DNA from: Ascidiella aspersa
Lineage: Eukaryota
Assembly (NCBI GenBank): GCA_963924565.1
Contig: OZ004610.1
Location: 7,006,001-7,070,000 of the forward strand
Direction of reading: 5' to 3'
DNA length: 64,000 bases
The notes beneath the pieces are model-generated. The model did not search any database. It was not told the DNA's origin and saw only the letters and a list, made by a program, of their open reading frames with translations. The position numbers and the translations under genes are program-made. Numbering within the stretch: position 1 is the stretch's first letter; each line of letters begins with the position of its first letter. Shown piece by piece: positions 63,601 through 64,000 of the stretch.

Positions 63601-64000
63601 CATCAACAATTGGGCGCCCTAGTTTTAACGGCACCCCTTGCATGCAGCGGTTTTGAAACCCAATATTTTGCCCCTGTTTAGGATTAAGGTGAGTAATGGG
63701 ATGTCGTTAGAAATCCAATTAGGACATCAAAACTATGTGCAATATGTATACTGCATAGCAACTAATGATCTGAGCAAAATACAATACCGAGGGTTCTATA
63801 CCGGTAGTTTATAAAGATCGCATTTAGTATTTGGCTCTGTAGAACACCAATATTATTTTTGTGCTAACATATAAGTGTACCAGTTTTTTGACAAAAGATG
63901 TGTTCTTTTTTAAACTTGAATCCAGTTTCCTGAAGAAAACTTCATCTGGACGCTTTGTCGCTGCATTTTGATACTCAATCCGAATACTGGATTTCTGTTC
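551..64000 (-). CDS. UPF2: UPF2 (regulator of nonsense transcripts 2), partial spliced gene, 7 exons in window, extends beyond both window ends
   Basis: Joined exons translate EQKSSIRIEYQNAATKRPDEVFFRKLDSSLKKNTSFVKKL-GKLTEQQRTALSNEFQSLNLTRYIQEV-VSTLIDAKLKMSDVSCAIHMCSLMHKRYQDFTPQLFQAFKRVCLSRIEDKS-LFLTNISKVRTDLRFLAE-LTVCGILSDKEGLTLIHNQLCAILSCERDRQEVFSLIISFCKHNGEDLAGLVPRKNR-ILVDKFGLELPKSE-IISKEKQKIFHNLLLDYWNTARERLEAMHKELRSTEYRNR. This matches, from recall, the UPF2 MIF4G-1 region (LDSSLKKNTAFVKKL, KLRTDLRFIAELTIVG, SFCRHCGDDIAGLVPRK). GT-AG and matching phases at all junctions. Confidence 0.95.
1041..1500. repeat. ~250-bp tandem duplication including a MITE-end-like segment
   Basis: gagtcgcga...gagaa.aactgcctta, ttctaaagag.cc.aagtgtta.acgtttattcagc.agtaaaggtctt each occur twice. 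Confidence 0.8.
2576..2618 (-). CDS. UPF2: UPF2 short exon: (R)ILVDKFGLELPKSE
   Basis: 43 nt, cag| acceptor, GAG|gtaag donor; phase 2/0 bridges the neighbouring exons exactly; resembles SAAEKFNLSFPPSE of vertebrate UPF2. Confidence 0.88.
5069..5200. mobile_element. Hammerhead-bearing dispersed repeat, copy with decayed core
   Basis: Same family as 38807-38946; inverted arms aatagatagaattcgctc (5095-5112) / gagcgatttctatctatt (5183-5200); core reads GTTAAGA instead of CTGANGA. Confidence 0.6.
5251..5297 (-). mobile_element. tRNA-derived (SINE-like) fragment with B-box
   Basis: Minus strand gaaggtcggtGGTTCGAATCCcgcc; no A-box or D-arm, T-stem imperfect. Confidence 0.4.
5300..5469 (-). CDS. 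UPF2: UPF2 exon: LTVCGILSDKEGL...LVPRKNR (3' flank of giant intron)
   Basis: gtacag| acceptor, AG|gtacgc donor, 170 nt, phase 0/2; lies within listed ORF 5215..5547. Confidence 0.93.
5713..6930. repeat. ~340-bp tandem duplication (copy 1 interrupted by MITE; copy 2 ~6596-6930)
   Basis: Shared blocks aatacgcaa.tcaatt.aaagacatccaa, gagacagacatacgcgcgtcacac, gtttaatcagaatcgtgtacg, caggcgctatacttgtgta. Confidence 0.85.
5973..6504. mobile_element. hAT-type MITE
   Basis: TIR cagacttggacaa / ttgtccaagtctg; perfect 8-bp TSD gcctggag (5965-5972, 6505-6512); internal ttagaattagatt repeats. Confidence 0.88.
8040..8115. repeat. ~37-bp direct tandem duplication
   Basis: aaataaagcaaa(a)ttacgacagtcaaaattactggt x2. 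Confidence 0.85.
8863..9180. mobile_element. hAT (Charlie-like) MITE
   Basis: Ends cagtggttctc / aagaattactg; perfect 8-bp TSD gtctagtg (8855-8862, 9181-9188). Confidence 0.85.
18926..19290 (+). CDS. FReD gene exon 1 (signal peptide + basic N-terminus)
   Basis: aaaacATG context; hydrophobic signal-like segment; donor AG|gtaaaa, phase 2. Confidence 0.8.
18926..54400 (+). CDS. Secreted angiopoietin-like / fibrinogen-related (FReD) protein, complete 16-exon gene, ~919 aa, nested antisense in the UPF2 intron
   Basis: Exons 18926-19290, 27539-27670, 28009-28152, 30001-30124, 32763-32917, 33648-33822, 40389-40511, 42393-42515, 43931-44020, 44613-44834, 45205-45334, 47435-47590, 48555-48742, 51456-51585, 52165-52452, 54186-54400 join in one open frame (2760 nt), all GT-AG. 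Signal peptide MRTKALHLLMVIFAAASA; Q/L/M-rich heptad-like region; FReD motifs RDC...SGVYTI, VYCNM..GGWTIIQRRSDG, GFG...GEYWLGLD, LEDW, GYSGNAGDSL, GWWF..C..ANPNG.Y. Confidence 0.88.
19370..19562. repeat. Local direct duplication in intron 1 of FReD gene
   Basis: ggtgcc...atgggcggaggtttcg.ttttgggttaa occurs twice ~140 nt apart. Confidence 0.7.
24813..24976. mobile_element. hAT-type MITE
   Basis: TIR ctgggttgccag / ctggcaaccctg; perfect 8-bp TSD ttttgcag (24805-24812, 24977-24984). Confidence 0.85.
26345..26740. mobile_element. MITE of the tatcgg/ccgata-rich family (opposite orientation)
   Basis: Ends taggaatgcctgatac / gatattatcggacatccta; shares cacttg.catcgggtatcggc with reverse complement of the 28613 copy. 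Confidence 0.65.
27539..27670 (+). CDS. FReD gene exon 2 (YEKNGNKTELARRLEKIL...)
   Basis: cacag| ... |gtaagt, phase 2/2, open frame. Confidence 0.82.
27748..27886. mobile_element. Truncated, inverted copy of the same repeat family
   Basis: aatagatagaaatcgttcttctggtgt faces the reverse arm acaccagaagaccgagcttaatctatt...gttgcctggtggagct. Confidence 0.55.
28009..28152 (+). CDS. FReD gene exon 3 (LAEFRRVWSG...RTCGGMANNITILRNTF...)
   Basis: cgcag| ... |gtgagt, phase 2/2. Confidence 0.82.
28371..28460. repeat. 90-nt near-perfect inverted repeat (hairpin)
   Basis: catattttgttgctact..aagaggcagcatactca..cta / tag.tgagtatgctgcttctt..agtagcaacaaaatatg. Confidence 0.85.
28613..29008. mobile_element. 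MITE of the tatcgg/ccgata-rich family
   Basis: Ends tggggatgtccgata / tatcggacaaccctg; homologous to 26345-26740 and 40563-40702; TSD only approximate. Confidence 0.7.
30001..30124 (+). CDS. FReD gene exon 4 (HLQNMEQKMDQIENHQ...)
   Basis: ccgcag| ... CAG|gtgaga, phase 2/0. Confidence 0.85.
32763..32917 (+). CDS. FReD gene exon 5 (GDLEQDLRSIRME...)
   Basis: ccaaag| ... |gtaagt, phase 0/2. Confidence 0.85.
32983..33280. repeat. Degenerate minisatellite (~25-32-nt unit)
   Basis: Recurring ttaacttaagacttgagtca....ggcaaat. Confidence 0.7.
33648..33822 (+). CDS. FReD gene exon 6 (HGDMLLQHDRAFNQQQ...)
   Basis: cccag| ... GAG|gtagat, phase 2/0. Confidence 0.83.
38807..38946. mobile_element. Hammerhead-bearing dispersed repeat (possible Penelope pLTR derivative), copy with intact core
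   Basis: Shares aatagatagaa(a/t)tcgctcttctggtgtaa..gaagtataaaccgacgtttcgg with 5069-5200 and 27748-27886. Confidence 0.6.
38878..38921 (-). ncRNA. Minimal type I hammerhead ribozyme (Penelope-like element type)
   Basis: Minus strand reads AACC-CTGATGA-GGTCAGCTGGTATCTGCTCCC-GAAA-CGTC-GGTT: core boxes CUGAUGA and GAAA, stem I AACC/GGTT, imperfect stem II, minimal palindromic stem III (ACGU), GUC cleavage triplet. Confidence 0.7.
40389..40511 (+). CDS. FReD gene exon 7 (ARSRLSSIADLQSLVARLNRSL...)
   Basis: cgcag| ... AGG|gtaaga, phase 0/0, 123 nt. Confidence 0.8.
40563..40702. mobile_element. Short MITE of the tatcgg/ccgata-rich family
   Basis: gataatatcggatc...ccgatacccgatgacaagt...ccgatactggg shared with the 28613 copy; ends tatcggccagcccta. 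Confidence 0.65.
42393..42515 (+). CDS. FReD gene exon 8 (NIEKIATYLN...STSEQ)
   Basis: ttgcag| ... CAG|gttaac (weak donor), phase 0/0. Confidence 0.72.
43931..44020 (+). CDS. FReD gene exon 9 (AQNSITSSLDL...SQDLL)
   Basis: tttctcag| ... |gtgagt, phase 0/0, 90 nt. Confidence 0.75.
44613..44834 (+). CDS. FReD gene exon 10 (AAIAETGFQDRLDRMSRSL...QLLNK)
   Basis: cacag| ... AAG|gtgagc, phase 0/0. Confidence 0.85.
45205..45334 (+). CDS. FReD gene exon 11 (FDRQESIYH...PLEQNR)
   Basis: tttcag| ... G|gtatta, phase 0/1. Confidence 0.83.
47435..47590 (+). CDS. FReD gene exon 12 (DCHDLWMSG...VYCNMTAVGGWTIIQRRSDGTQEFNK)
   Basis: Start of fibrinogen C-terminal domain; ctgcag| ... G|gtatgg, phase 1/1. 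Confidence 0.93.
48428..48554. repeat. 21-bp minisatellite abutting exon-13 acceptor
   Basis: aattgttacgtttcaaggcgc units; produces the spurious LKRNNCA repeat ORF. Confidence 0.85.
48555..48742 (+). CDS. FReD gene exon 13 (GVNDYEKGFGSIFGEYWLGLD...LEDW...)
   Basis: FReD core motif; ttttaag| ... |gtaagt, phase 1/0. Confidence 0.93.
51456..51585 (+). CDS. FReD gene exon 14 (VSGYSGNAGDSL...DCTSRRQA)
   Basis: GYSGNAGDSL motif; ttttcaag| ... G|gtgcat, phase 0/1. Confidence 0.9.
52165..52452 (+). CDS. FReD gene exon 15 (GWWFPRDCGQANPNGPY...LRKVSLQIIP + acidic linker)
   Basis: FReD end motifs; ggcag| ... G|gtaaga, phase 1/1. Confidence 0.9.
54186..54400 (+). CDS. FReD gene terminal exon (acidic, Asn-rich, basic tail; TGA 54398-54400)
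   Basis: ttgcag| phase-1 acceptor; open frame GDAADDSQ...NNNNKNNRNSNSNNNN...RRIYKRNSR*. Confidence 0.75.
55141..55146 (+). promoter_or_regulatory. Candidate polyadenylation signal of nested FReD gene
   Basis: AATAAA ~740 nt after the stop codon; AT-rich context makes it weak. Confidence 0.3.
57971..58358. mobile_element. hAT-type MITE inserted into a related MITE fragment starting at 57922
   Basis: TIR tagagatagtccgatat / gatatcggtcgacctcta; 8-bp TSD accgatac (57963-57970, 58359-58366); tatcgg/ccgata subterminal repeats. Confidence 0.82.
58630..58738. repeat. ~110-nt inverted repeat, partial homologue at ~29763-29812
   Basis: ttgataataaattgcaaag..aaaaaggtcgagtagat / atctactcgaccttttt..ctttgcaatttattatcaa. 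Confidence 0.8.
61099..61152 (-). CDS. UPF2: UPF2 exon: LFLTNISKVRTDLRFLAE (5' flank of giant intron)
   Basis: ttttgcag| acceptor, GAG|gtgagt donor, 54 nt, phase 0/0. Confidence 0.93.
62337..62489 (-). CDS. UPF2: UPF2 exon: VSTLIDAKLKMSDV...RIEDKS
   Basis: ctgcag| acceptor, |gttggt donor (weak), 153 nt, phase 0/0; overlaps listed ORF 62292..62489. Confidence 0.9.
63236..63316 (-). CDS. UPF2: UPF2 exon: GKLTEQQRTALSNEFQSLNLTRYIQEV
   Basis: tttag| acceptor, |gtaagt donor, 81 nt, phase 0/0. Confidence 0.93.
63881..64000 (-). CDS. UPF2: UPF2 exon (5' part runs off window): EQKSS...LDSSLKKNTSFVKKL
   Basis: LDSSLKKNT motif; donor CTG|gtacac, phase 0. Confidence 0.93.

Overview
Eukaryotic (animal) genomic DNA with AT-rich, MITE-littered introns and GC3-rich exons; a tunicate/invertebrate chordate origin is plausible but only inferred. 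The six-frame ORF list is mostly spurious because both real genes are spliced. (1) Minus strand: part of UPF2 (NMD factor, first MIF4G region), 7 exons at 64000-63881, 63316-63236, 62489-62337, 61152-61099, 5469-5300, 2618-2576 and 669-551. All junctions are GT-AG, phase-consistent and colinear with vertebrate UPF2. The exons ending ...RTDLRFLAE and starting LTVCGILSDKEGL... are separated by one 55,629-nt intron (5470-61098). (2) Plus strand, entirely inside that intron: a complete 16-exon gene (18926-54400; 2760-nt CDS, 919 aa by manual assembly) for a secreted angiopoietin-like/fibrinogen-related protein. It has a signal peptide, a basic N-terminus, a long coiled coil, a divergent FReD domain lacking the usual acidic Ca2+ loop, and an Asn-rich tail. 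The introns also hold several hAT-type MITEs with 8-bp TSDs, hairpins, local duplications, and a repeat family carrying a minimal type I hammerhead ribozyme (intact core at ~38878-38921, on the UPF2 pre-mRNA strand).
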